From Nitrosopumilus sp. (lineage in GTDB: Archaea > Thermoproteota > Nitrososphaeria > Nitrososphaerales > Nitrosopumilaceae): 64,000 nt of DNA. The stretch is from assembly GCA_965207075.1 (NCBI GenBank), contig CBDBLO010000002.1, positions 448,001 through 512,000 of the forward strand. Direction: 5' to 3'. Each line of letters begins with the position of its first letter. Positions within the stretch are counted from its first letter, which is position 1. Both the position numbers and the translations under genes were made by a program. Of this stretch, positions 29,077 to 38,786 are shown piece after piece. The notes below the pieces were generated by a model that saw only the letters and a program-made list of their open reading frames with translations, made no database searches and had not been told where the DNA came from.

Positions 29077-30657
29077 CTAGTCGGTTGCCGGCTTTACAAG
29101 CTGGCCCGGGCTCATCATCATGCTCTCCGGCAGGCCGGTTATCCCCCCGTTGAGGCTTTCTGCGGCTATGCCGTTTCCCACAAGCACCTTTGTGGCCATC
29201 AGCGAGGTGTTTCCGGCCATGCAGATCAGCAGGCACTTGCCCTTTTCACTATCATCGTGCTGCAGGTCGCGGCTCATCTCCTCCGGAACCTTTCGGTCGG
29301 TGAGCAGCTGTCCCACGGTGCTCGCCTTTTGCACGATTATCTTGTCCTTGGATACGCCCAGCGACTTTGCAATCACCTCGAGGCCCTCCTCGCGCGGCGT
29401 ATACTGGGGGTGGACCCACACTATCCTGTCATAGTCGTCGGCAGACTGGGCCGCGTCCTCAAGCGAGACTTGGATGCGTCCCCCTTTCCCCTGCTTTTCC
29501 ATCCTCTCTGCCTCTTCCATTGCCTTGCGGTACTTGGCGATGCCGTCGGCTATTATCACCACGAATTTCTGCGCCTTGCCGTCTATGGACATCTGCATCG
29601 CCGCGTACAGCGCGAGCGCCGAACTCTCGCCTATGTCAAGCCCCTTCTGCTTTACAAAGAAGCGGTGCAGCGGCCTTGCCTTTCCAAAGTCTATTATGTG
29701 CTGGCCCTCGTACGAGTCGGGCCTGTACATCGACAGCCCGTCGGCCGTGGCCTGCGTCCTGATGCCCGCCACGTCCTGTCCCACGGGGGGAAAGACCACG
29801 TGCACGGCCTTCTGGCCGTACCTGTCATTCATGTACTCGTTGAATCCGGAGGAGGTGCCGCCCGTGCCGAACGTGCAGACTATGCGGTACCCGTCAAGCG
29901 ACCCGCCCTCTGCGGCAAGCTGCTGGTCCGTCTCCACCGCCGTAACGGTGCGGTGCGCCTCGGGGTTGAGGCTGTTGTCGTACTGGGCGGGGCAAAAGCA
30001 CCCGTACGCCCTTGCAAGAAGCTTTGCCAGGTTTATGATGTCCTGGGCCTGCAGCAGCTCCAGTATTTCGGCCATGTTGTCATCAAACGGCCCTGTCGGG
30101 AATCCCAGGTTGAGCATCTGCGCCCGTATGTTCGCGGCCGCCGCCCTTGCGGCAATCTCGTCCTTGTTTCCCTTCATGCCGGGCGCGGGGCAGACGTCCA
30201 TGTCAAGGTCGATTATGTGGACTCCCTCGCTTCGCAGCTCTGCAAACACGCCCTCCTGGAGCCTTCTTGAGACGAGGGCCACCACCTTTAGGCCCAGCCT
30301 TGCAAGCAGTCCCAGCGCTATTCCAAAGTTGCCGGACGTGGCCTCTATTACGGCCTGGCCGTCCCTCAGCTTGCCGCTTTTTATCGCGTCGTGTATGATG
30401 TGGACCGCCGGCCTCACCTTTATGGAGCCCGTCAGGAGCTCGGACTCTAGCTTGCCCATGACGCGCAGGTCGGGGCTCGGCAGGTCCGTCCTGTATGCGG
30501 CCCTGGCGCACTCCCTGAGGTGCTCTGTGATGTCTATCAGGGGCGTGGCGCCGACCACCGTGGCGCCCTGGCCGCCGTCCCCGCCGCGCTCAAGGTGCGG
30601 CACCTTGGACCATATCTCGCGCTCAAAGCGCTCTAGCAGGGGGCCGTCTGCGTCCAT
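29077..30657 (-). CDS. PLP-dependent cysteine-synthase-family protein with a C-terminal rhodanese-like domain
   Basis: TGSIKVR, EATSGNFG and GTGGT; C-terminal LLICMAGNTS...SLNGGI. Confidence 0.85.
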   Translation of the reverse strand: MDADGPLLERFEREIWSKVPHLERGGDGGQGATVVGATPLIDITEHLRECARAAYRTDLPSPDLRVMGKLESELLTGSIKVRPAVHIIHDAIKSGKLRDGQAVIEATSGNFGIALGLLARLGLKVVALVSRRLQEGVFAELRSEGVHIIDLDMDVCPAPGMKGNKDEIAARAAAANIRAQMLNLGFPTGPFDDNMAEILELLQAQDIINLAKLLARAYGCFCPAQYDNSLNPEAHRTVTAVETDQQLAAEGGSLDGYRIVCTFGTGGTSSGFNEYMNDRYGQKAVHVVFPPVGQDVAGIRTQATADGLSMYRPDSYEGQHIIDFGKARPLHRFFVKQKGLDIGESSALALYAAMQMSIDGKAQKFVVIIADGIAKYRKAMEEAERMEKQGKGGRIQVSLEDAAQSADDYDRIVWVHPQYTPREEGLEVIAKSLGVSKDKIIVQKASTVGQLLTDRKVPEEMSRDLQHDDSEKGKCLLICMAGNTSLMATKVLVGNGIAAESLNGGITGLPESMMMSPGQLVKPATD

Positions 30658-30732
30658 GCTGGAATGTTTCCATCATACTCTTATAAAATGTAAGATCGGC
30701 GGCCCGCCCGCCGGTGCGCGCGCAAGAACTGG

Positions 30733-32370
30733 TCACGCCTCCAGTATTCCCATTACCTTGTTTGGTATGTCGGCCAGCCTGCTTACGGCCACCGTCCTTT
30801 CGTACCCGAGCCGCCTCAGGTTGCTTGCAATCGCGGTGGCCCTTGTGATGTTGGGGCCCAGGCCCAGCGCCACCATGCCCGTACCCAGTCCCTTCAGCCC
30901 CGTTATCATCTCCCTGACCGCGTCGGGGTCAGATGGCTCTCCGTCTGTCAGCGTCAGGAATATGTCCGGCCTCCTTGCCTGGAGTATGGGGTACATCTTG
31001 TCGTACACCTCTGCAAGCGGGGTCGAGCCGTTTGCGACTATCCTTGCGAGCCTCTTTGCCGCGGAGGTGTTCCACTTTGCGGCCTCCGGCTTTATGGACC
31101 AGCATACGACGGATCTATCCTGCGTGCTGAACGCGTAGACGGAGAACGACACCCTCAGAAACGAGAGCACCTCGCAGAGCGCCAGGGTCGCTTTTTTGTA
31201 CTCTCTGGCGTCCGACGCGATCGAGGACGAGTGGTCGAGCAGTATGGTGATCCTGGTCTTTATCGACTTTTTCACGTCCGTGACGAACGGATCGTGCCCC
31301 TCGATGTAGCTCTCCCCGTCAAACTCCTCCCCCGCCGACGCGACGTGCGTCTCGCTCCATCCGCTCTTCCACTCCTTGAACTTTGCCTTGAGCCCGTTTA
31401 TCAGAGCGGCGTCGTATATGGCCGACTCGTCGGCGCCCTCTGCGCCCGCCGGGGCCTGGATTCCGATGGGCTCGGACGCAAGCCCCTTGTTCTCGGCCCG
31501 CTGGTTCTCCTCAAGCAGCATGGTGTACTCGCCGTGTATGTCCTCCGAGCCGCGCAGTATGGACGAGGCGTCCCTTGCGTTCTCCGCGAGCCCCGACCTT
31601 TTGTCGTGCTGCAGGACTACCTTTAGCACCTTTAGCATCTCCTTCTCGTCGAGCGCCATGCCGGCCCTCATGAACGGCAGGGAGACCGGTATTGTCATGA
31701 GCGAGTCTATGTCCAGCATCTTTATGATGCGGCTCGTGTGCCCCTCGACCCAGTCCGTGCCCCTGCCCTCTGATACCGCCTCTGATATCACACCCCTTGC
31801 AAACTCGGCCGCCCTCGCGACGCGCTCGACATGGCTAGCCTGCAGCTCGCCCTTTACGGCCCCGAACAGCAGCTGCTGGTAGAACGCCTCGACTATGCGG
31901 GCCCTTCCGTACACCTCATGCAGCTGGGGCCTCTCCACCAGCATGTGGGCGTGGTACATGACGATCTCGTCGTCCATGCCGCGCCACACCTTTCGGCCCA
32001 TGTGCTCTATCCGGCACGTCTCCATCGCGTTGAGTATGAACCCGAACGCGTGGTCGTTGCTGAGAATCTTGGTGCAGTGCAGGGCCCTTGTGGACTCGTA
32101 CCACAGAGCCGTGCGGAACTGCCTGTACCGCTGGAACCCGTCGCCGGTGCGCCTCCCGGGCGGAGCTATCACTATGAGGTTGTCGGACAGCCTGGTCTTG
32201 GTCTCCGACATGCGTTCTGGGATCTGGACTGTCATGGAGTCGTTCTCTGACCACCTTCTTGCAAGAAAGGTGGCTATCTCCATCAGCGACTCGGCCGAGA
32301 TCTTGATCTGCCGCCGCGCCCCGCGCGCGACTCCCGGCGTTGCGGCGGCATGCGCATCCACGGCGATCAC
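30733..32370 (-). CDS. VWA-domain protein (MoxR partner, NorD/CbbO-like)
   Basis: MIDAS motif LLDHSSS, GSTP and LTDGEP; start uncertain. Confidence 0.85.
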   Translation of the reverse strand: MIAVDAHAAATPGVARGARRQIKISAESLMEIATFLARRWSENDSMTVQIPERMSETKTRLSDNLIVIAPPGRRTGDGFQRYRQFRTALWYESTRALHCTKILSNDHAFGFILNAMETCRIEHMGRKVWRGMDDEIVMYHAHMLVERPQLHEVYGRARIVEAFYQQLLFGAVKGELQASHVERVARAAEFARGVISEAVSEGRGTDWVEGHTSRIIKMLDIDSLMTIPVSLPFMRAGMALDEKEMLKVLKVVLQHDKRSGLAENARDASSILRGSEDIHGEYTMLLEENQRAENKGLASEPIGIQAPAGAEGADESAIYDAALINGLKAKFKEWKSGWSETHVASAGEEFDGESYIEGHDPFVTDVKKSIKTRITILLDHSSSIASDAREYKKATLALCEVLSFLRVSFSVYAFSTQDRSVVCWSIKPEAAKWNTSAAKRLARIVANGSTPLAEVYDKMYPILQARRPDIFLTLTDGEPSDPDAVREMITGLKGLGTGMVALGLGPNITRATAIASNLRRLGYERTVAVSRLADIPNKVMGILEA

Positions 32371-32401
32371 CTGCGACCGGTGCCGTCGCCGCTGCCGCCG
32401 C

Positions 32402-33346
32402 TCATGCCTGCTCCCGCTCCCCGAACATCGAGGTTATCACGTCGCTCACCTTCTGGTGCTCTATCTGGCCCCACTGTGCGTACACGTTCCCGAACACCCA
32501 GTCGGCCGCCTTTCTTGCCGGCACGCCCCTTCCAAGCAGTTTTGCATACGCGATGGTCTCCCTGATGCTGGGCGAATAGAATAGCTCCTCCACGGCGGCC
32601 GCCTGCCGCAGCGTGTTGGCAAGCTTTACGGCCTGCACGATGTCCTCCCCGCGCCCCGCGCCGCCGGGGCCGTCCCCGAGGTGCGCCCTTACAATCTCGA
32701 TCTCCACGTCCTCGGGCGGATACTCCAGCTTTATCCTCACTGGAAACCTGCTCAAGAGCTGGGGCGGCAGCTCCTTCGTGCCGCTGTGCGTAAGTGGGTT
32801 TATCGTTGCGACCACAAACCAGCTGCCGTCCGCCCGCACTATCTCCATTGCAGACGACTCTTTTAGCACGAGCTGGCGCCTGTCATCAAGGGCCTCGTCA
32901 AGCCTCAGCAGCACGTCGGCCTCGGCCGCGTTTATCTCGTCTAGGTATAGCATGCCCCCGTTTCTCATCGACCGTACGAGTATTCCCTCCTCGAAGGCTA
33001 TGTCACCCCCGCTGAGCGTCTTTGAGCCGACGAGGTGGCTCTCGCGCGTCCTGAGGCTAAAGTTGATCGACTCGAGGCCGCCGTTCTCCCTGCCCGTCCT
33101 CTCCCCGGTGATGCGCGCAAACTCCCTTACAAGCGACGTCTTGCCCGTGCCCTTTGGGCCTATCACGAGTACGAAGAGTCCCGACTCGTACGCGTTGCGC
33201 AGTATCTCAAGCGAGCCGTTCCAGTCTAGGTATGGCGGCGCCGCGCTTTTGGGCAAGCCGTCTGCCGTGGCAGACTGCCCGTTCTGTGATGGCGTTTTTG
33301 GTGACGGTGACGGTGACGACACTTGGTGCGGCTCTCCAGTTGACAC
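32402..33346 (-). CDS. MoxR-type AAA+ ATPase (CbbQ/NirQ/NorQ-like)
   Basis: GPKGTGKT, LYLDEIN, ATINP, LLSRF and SPSIRE motifs. Confidence 0.9.
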   Translation of the reverse strand: MSTGEPHQVSSPSPSPKTPSQNGQSATADGLPKSAAPPYLDWNGSLEILRNAYESGLFVLVIGPKGTGKTSLVREFARITGERTGRENGGLESINFSLRTRESHLVGSKTLSGGDIAFEEGILVRSMRNGGMLYLDEINAAEADVLLRLDEALDDRRQLVLKESSAMEIVRADGSWFVVATINPLTHSGTKELPPQLLSRFPVRIKLEYPPEDVEIEIVRAHLGDGPGGAGRGEDIVQAVKLANTLRQAAAVEELFYSPSIRETIAYAKLLGRGVPARKAADWVFGNVYAQWGQIEHQKVSDVITSMFGEREQA

Positions 33347-33478
33347 TGATGCTGATGCGTGCGTGCGATATTTTAACTAGATGATAACGATGCACGGCGC
33401 CGGTGGCCGCCGCATCGCCAGTCACCGCGCCGTCATAGGCGCTGCGGCCATCTGTGGAGTTCTGCCGGCAGGCATCTG

Positions 33479-34960
33479 TCAGCTGCCAAAGGAGGCCACC
33501 CTTGCAAAGGCGTCGTCCATTCTGCCGTGCAGCTCCTTGTTCCACGCGTCAAAGCCCGACGGCTCCTTTGGATAGTTCCTGTAGTGGTCCACGAGCCACT
33601 GGTTCTCCTTTGAGGTGTACCGCAGACCGTCTGCCACGGTCTTGTTCATGGCGCCCCTGATTATCATGCTCAGTTTGCTCAGCCCGGAAAAGTCGGGGTG
33701 CTCCCCCTTGCTTATGGACTCCACGTCCATGTTGCCCAGAAAGTGCTTCATGCCGTAACTGATCTGCTCGTTTGTCATCTGCTGGACGAGCCTGCGGAAG
33801 AGCTCCAGCCCGGCCGTCTTGTAGCCGTACTCCTCTATAAAGTCAAGATTGTACTGCCACAGCCCCTTTTCCGTGACGTCTTGGGCCTCCAGCGCCGCTG
33901 CAACGCACCTGCCCAGTATCGTGCCGGCAATCAGGGCGGGCCCGATTCCGCCCGCGTCAATCGGCTTTGGCATCCACGCCGAGTCTCCGACAAGAAGATA
34001 TCCTCCTGACACCATGCAGTCGTTCTGGCGCCTTACCGACACCTGGAATATTCCGGAGTTGTTGTTCTCGTCCTCCGGGTCGTTCGACAGTCTGGGGTTG
34101 GCTATCGCCCTGTTTCTGTTCAAGTATTCCAACATCAGGGACTCGACGTTGTCGCGCTTGCCGAGCCTCTCGTTTCTCCTTTTGAGCAGCGACTTTTCCA
34201 CGCCCAGTCCTATGTTTACCTTGTCGTCCCCCTTTGGAAAGACCCAGCCGTATCCCCCGGGCGCTATGTCTTGGTCTAGGTGTATTATGCAGTAGTCCGG
34301 ATCAAAGTCGGACAGATCCTCCTCTGCCTTTTCAAAGTACATGATGTACCTGCCGGTGGACTCCAAGTCGCGCCTGTCTATCCTCCTCTCCACCTTCGTG
34401 GTGTTCTTTATCCCGTTGCGGAGCATCGACGTGACGCCGGTCGCGTCGACCACCACCTTGGATGATCTTGAGTATGGCTGGCCGGTCTTGTTGTCAATGC
34501 CCTTGACTCCGACTACCTGGCCGTTGCCATTCTCGTACTCTAACCCGGTAAGGTTGATCTCGTAGTCAAACTCGATGCCGGCCTTTTGGCACCTTGCATT
34601 CTGAATCTCTGGAAGCTTCTGCCTGTTTAGCATGTATCCGTCCCCGTCAAACGGTATGGACGTCTCCCTGTCCGGCGAGAACGCCATCACTCCCTTGACA
34701 TCGTGCTCGATCTCGGGCTTGGTCCATCTGACTCCTATGTGCTCCGTCATGTAGTCGACTGCCTCCTTTGAGCACGCGTCCCCGCACACCCATCCGGCCA
34801 GGGACTTTCTGCCCGGCCTGTACTGGGAGTTGCGGTCTATCACGAGTATGCTCGCATTCTGGTTGGTGTAGTGGGATACGGACTGGGCGGCTATCGTGCC
34901 TGCCAGGCCTCCCCCTGCGACTATCACGTCGTATGTGTCTGCCAATACGTCCGGGATCAC
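33479..34960 (-). CDS. Geranylgeranyl reductase-family flavoprotein
   Basis: GGGLAG, CGDA, DATG, PGGYGWVFP and GDSA...P...GGI motifs. Confidence 0.88.
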   Translation of the reverse strand: MIPDVLADTYDVIVAGGGLAGTIAAQSVSHYTNQNASILVIDRNSQYRPGRKSLAGWVCGDACSKEAVDYMTEHIGVRWTKPEIEHDVKGVMAFSPDRETSIPFDGDGYMLNRQKLPEIQNARCQKAGIEFDYEINLTGLEYENGNGQVVGVKGIDNKTGQPYSRSSKVVVDATGVTSMLRNGIKNTTKVERRIDRRDLESTGRYIMYFEKAEEDLSDFDPDYCIIHLDQDIAPGGYGWVFPKGDDKVNIGLGVEKSLLKRRNERLGKRDNVESLMLEYLNRNRAIANPRLSNDPEDENNNSGIFQVSVRRQNDCMVSGGYLLVGDSAWMPKPIDAGGIGPALIAGTILGRCVAAALEAQDVTEKGLWQYNLDFIEEYGYKTAGLELFRRLVQQMTNEQISYGMKHFLGNMDVESISKGEHPDFSGLSKLSMIIRGAMNKTVADGLRYTSKENQWLVDHYRNYPKEPSGFDAWNKELHGRMDDAFARVASFGS

Positions 34961-35731
34961 CTATCCGTATTTAAAATCATGCAGGCGGTTCTCTGATCGA
35001 TGCGGTAGCCCACTCGCGGAGGGCGCGTCTGCCGGCTTTGGCATTCGCGCGCAAACGCATGCTGCCGCGGCCCGCTTTTTTCCGCCCGCGTCTGGGCTTG
35101 AGCGGCAGTCTGCCAAGGTGCAATCTGCACGTCTCCCGCAGCTCTGCCGGTCGTCCCGCAGCCGTCCGATCGCCACCGCATTACAACTCACGAAACCGGC
35201 TAGCCGGCAGCAACGTCTGCCGGAGCAGTGCGGCGCATAATTTGCCATACGTCCTTGTCGCCCCCGCGGATGTCTTTTATCTGATGCCGGCTGCTCTGTC
35301 TGATGGTAAAGGGTCGGTTCGTCGCGGGATCCTCACTGCCTCTGGGCTCGGACTGGAGCGGCTATTATCTCCTCATTCCCTGACCGTCTGTGTCGTATTT
35401 GGTATTTAATCTGTGCCCGGCCTCCGCGCGCACGCGGTGCCACCGCCGCTCCCATTATCCCACGCCACCTCGTCAGGCCACGCCTCGCGCTACTTCCACC
35501 GACCGGATGTGTGTTTGACCTCCTCCCCCTCCCCCTCCCCCCGTCGCATTCGGGCAGGTGGATCGCGTTGGTGACGGGCGGGGCCTGGAGCAGGGTGCGG
35601 GACAGTCTCTCGCTCTTGCAGGAACGATCCGCGCCGCTTAGTGTTAAATAGTCCATCAGTGAGCAAGAATCGGTGTGTTCATTTGTTGTTTGAACATCTC
35701 ATACAAACAGAGTTCACGCCGTAAACCTTCA

Positions 35732-36241
35732 TTATGCACTGCCTCGTAGTATCTCCGCAAACGCGGACACGGCGTCCTTTTTGCTGTATATGGGGGTGTG
35801 AATCTTTATCTTTATGGCGTCTTTACTGCCGCCATTACCTTCCTCCCCCTCATGTCCGCCCGATCCATGCAGTCCGATTATCTCCGGGCGCCCGTTCCTG
35901 ATCAGGACCTGCTTGTCTATCCTGAGGTGGAGCCTCGAGTCGACCGTCCTCTCCTGAATCTGGACTTCCAAGGCGTCTACGTCCATGCCTGAAAGCATGC
36001 CGACAAACCTCCGCACGGACAGCGCAGCGTCCGCGCCCGTAAGATTCACGTCATATACCGATATCGGGTTGCCAAAGTGGCCGGTGGTGTTGGTGCCGGT
36101 AAATGCATCCTCCTGTATTCCCAGCATCTGGCTTGCGGCGCCTGTGACTATTCTGGGATCCTCAGTTGCGTGCACAATCACGCTTGCCGACACCTCCATC
36201 TTTCTTTCCCTTGGCATCGTTGCGCGTCTTACCGTCTTCAA
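35732..36241 (-). CDS. Archaeal RNA-binding protein (DUF54-like)
   Basis: HATED, GHFGNPI and LRIDKQ motifs. Confidence 0.82.
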   Translation of the reverse strand: MKTVRRATMPRERKMEVSASVIVHATEDPRIVTGAASQMLGIQEDAFTGTNTTGHFGNPISVYDVNLTGADAALSVRRFVGMLSGMDVDALEVQIQERTVDSRLHLRIDKQVLIRNGRPEIIGLHGSGGHEGEEGNGGSKDAIKIKIHTPIYSKKDAVSAFAEILRGSA

Positions 36242-36440
36242 AATATGTCATGTGGCGCCCGTCGGCGCCGCGTAGGGCCGTACGTGCTTGCATGTTGTTG
36301 CGGGGTCGCCACATCGCTGGACGCGGCGCCACCTGCCATGTATCGGCGTTGGCTACAATCATACTGGCCATGCCCATATAATTTATGATCAGTTGCTTAT
36401 GGTTATAGTCAAAGGAACTGCGTTGTCAGGCGATTGACTG

Positions 36441-37052
36441 TCACGCTTCCAGCAGGACGGTCTCCTTTTCTGCGGTCCGGATCAGCTTTACCTTTTCGAG
36501 CCCGACGTGCCTCACCCTGATCACCTTTTTGAACGCGGCCATGATGTCCGAGTTGATCTTGCTGTAGCATGTGGCCTGCACGAACTGCTCTATGGTCATA
36601 CTCGGGACGGTCTTGTTGATTATGTCCTGCGCAATAAGCCTGAGCGCGTGCTGCCGCGAGGTGTTCAGCTGCCTGTGGGTCAGGGCGATGATCTTTATGC
36701 GAAAGATGTACCCGTCGCTTGTCTTGATGTCAGTCGTGAGGTTGATCTTGGAGGAGCCCCTCCTGACCAGGCTTCTCAGGAACTCTTTGGAATACTCGAA
36801 CCTCTTGAATATTGTGTGCGCCTTGTCGCCGTCCACCTTGGATATCTGAAAGTACATCTTGTACTGGTACTGCGAGGCGTCCCCCTTGAGTATGTCGTGC
36901 AGCGTAACCTCCATGACTCGGCCTATCGCCGTCTCGTCGTCTGTAATCGGTATGTACCCTATCTGGACGCTGTTAAACGACTGGGGGGCGTGCACGGTAA
37001 CCCAGCGCTTTTCGCGCCACTTGTCCTTTACCCTGCCCTTCCGGCGTGCCAA
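36441..37052 (-). CDS. rps3ae: 30S ribosomal protein S3Ae (eS1)
   Basis: KDKW..K.W..V.AP, GR..EVTL and LRSLVRR motifs. Confidence 0.95.
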   Translation of the reverse strand: MARRKGRVKDKWREKRWVTVHAPQSFNSVQIGYIPITDDETAIGRVMEVTLHDILKGDASQYQYKMYFQISKVDGDKAHTIFKRFEYSKEFLRSLVRRGSSKINLTTDIKTSDGYIFRIKIIALTHRQLNTSRQHALRLIAQDIINKTVPSMTIEQFVQATCYSKINSDIMAAFKKVIRVRHVGLEKVKLIRTAEKETVLLEA

Positions 37053-37219
37053 TTATTCTAGCCCCCGAGGCTAAAATATAAGGGTAATCAAGCGGGCCCC
37101 GCCGGCCCCCGGCCGGACGGCCGCGTGCCGGATCCTGCATGCATGCCAAGTAGCCTGTGACTGCATCCGGCATTCCGCGGCCGGAACATGCCAGACAGGC
37201 AGGCGCTACGGCCGCACCA

Positions 37220-38500
37220 CTAGATCTCCTTCTGCCCGCCCATGTACGGGACCAGCGCGTCGGGCACCGCAACGTGCCCGTCCGCGGTCTGAAAGTCCTC
37301 CATTATAGCCACCAGCACCCTGGTGGTCGCCACGAGCGTGCTGTTCAGCGTGTGGACGTACGCGGTGGCGTCGTTGGTGCGGTCCCTGAACCTTATCTTG
37401 AGCCTCCTTGCCTGGTACCCGAGGCAGTTGGAGCACGAGACGATCTCCCTGTATGCGTGCTGGCCTGCCATCCAGGCCTCTATGTCGTAGGTCTTTGCAG
37501 ACGTCTTGCCCATGTCTCCGGAGGACAGCAGCATTGTGCGGTGCGGGATGCCCAGCTTCTTGTAGAACCCCTCTGCTGTCTGCAGCATCCTCTCGTGCTC
37601 GGCCCACGAATCCTCGGGCCTGGCAAACACGAACTGCTCTATCTTTTCGAACTGGTGCACCCGGAATATCCCTTTCTGGTCGCGCCCGTGGGATCCCGCC
37701 TCCTTTCTAAAGCACGGGCTGACCCCCGCGTACCTTATCGGAAGCGTCGTGCCGTCCAGTATCTCGTCTGCGTGCATCGCGGCAATCGCGTGCTCCGACG
37801 TCCCTATCATGTACAGGTCCTCGCCGTCTATCTTGTATATCACGTCCTCAAAGTCGTCTGCAATCACGGCCCCCTCCATCGAGTCGCGGTTTATCATGTA
37901 TGGCGGCTGGACGGCCACGTACTCCCTCTCTGCGAGATAGTCGAGCGCAAGCCGTATCAAGGCATAGTTCAGGCGCGCCAGGTCACCCTTTAGGTAGTAG
38001 AACCTGGCGCCAGCAGCCTTGGCGGCCCTCTTCAGGTCTATGAGGTCCAGTCCCTCTGCGATGTCGACGTGGTTTTTTGGCTCGTACCCGTTGCCTCCCC
38101 CCACAAGACGCGAAGCGTCGCCCCACGTCCTGACCTGTACGTTTGCCGAGTCGTCGGGGCCCACCGGCACGCTACTGTCTATCATGTTTGGTATGGCCCT
38201 TGCCATCTTGCGGTATGCCGACTCTGCCTCGTCGCACTTGGCGATCGCGCCATCAAGGTTGGAGGACATTCTGCCCATCTGCGATATCATGCGTGACGCG
38301 TCCTCGCCCCTCTTTTTTGCCTGCGATATGCCGACGCCCATCCTGTTTCTTTTTGCGCGCAGCTCGTCTGCAGCGATTATGGTTCTCCTCCTCTCCGCGT
38401 CCAGGGCGACCAGCTCGTCGAGGTCGTATTGGACGGAGCGGGCCTTGAGCATTCTCCTCACCTCCTCGGTGCGGTCCTTTATCGCGTCCGGGTCAAGCAT
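37220..38500 (-). CDS. serS: Seryl-tRNA synthetase
   Basis: GTSEH, FRKEAG, RVHQFEK, EIVSCSNC and TLNST motifs. Confidence 0.96.
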   Translation of the reverse strand: MLDPDAIKDRTEEVRRMLKARSVQYDLDELVALDAERRRTIIAADELRAKRNRMGVGISQAKKRGEDASRMISQMGRMSSNLDGAIAKCDEAESAYRKMARAIPNMIDSSVPVGPDDSANVQVRTWGDASRLVGGGNGYEPKNHVDIAEGLDLIDLKRAAKAAGARFYYLKGDLARLNYALIRLALDYLAEREYVAVQPPYMINRDSMEGAVIADDFEDVIYKIDGEDLYMIGTSEHAIAAMHADEILDGTTLPIRYAGVSPCFRKEAGSHGRDQKGIFRVHQFEKIEQFVFARPEDSWAEHERMLQTAEGFYKKLGIPHRTMLLSSGDMGKTSAKTYDIEAWMAGQHAYREIVSCSNCLGYQARRLKIRFRDRTNDATAYVHTLNSTLVATTRVLVAIMEDFQTADGHVAVPDALVPYMGGQKEI

Positions 38501-38786
38501 TGTCCATCACCCTTAGCGCGACCTGTACGTGCTCCAGCACCTCGTCGACGGTCCCGACCAGGCTGCCTATGGCGTGCGCAGCGCGCACGCCGTCCTCCAC
38601 ACCTTCAAACTCCAGCGTCAGGGTTCTTCCCGTGCCGTCCCCCTCTTTGTCGTACCTTGCCGCAACGCCGAGGCCCTCCGGCATCCCGGCGTTGTCCGGT
38701 TCCAGCGCGGCTATGACCGATCCGGCCTGCGACTCTGACAGATCGCTAATCCTCACCTGTACTGCGCATCTTAGGGACATTCTCAT
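38493..38786 (-). CDS. pcc1: KEOPS subunit Pcc1
   Basis: ALEPDN and L.GTVDEVL motifs; rps15-DHH-pcc1-serS-rps3ae context. Confidence 0.75.
   Translation of the reverse strand: MRMSLRCAVQVRISDLSESQAGSVIAALEPDNAGMPEGLGVAARYDKEGDGTGRTLTLEFEGVEDGVRAAHAIGSLVGTVDEVLEHVQVALRVMDNA

Noticed and set aside
28972-31138. Long antisense and alternate-frame ORFs (432 and 554 aa, and many similar ones window-wide)
   Set aside because: Shadow ORFs of GC-rich genes, with no motifs and overlapping confident CDSs.
34961-35731. ~770-bp intergenic gap as a hidden gene or ncRNA
   Set aside because: No recognisable motif, credible ORF or terminal repeat by eye; may be decayed sequence.
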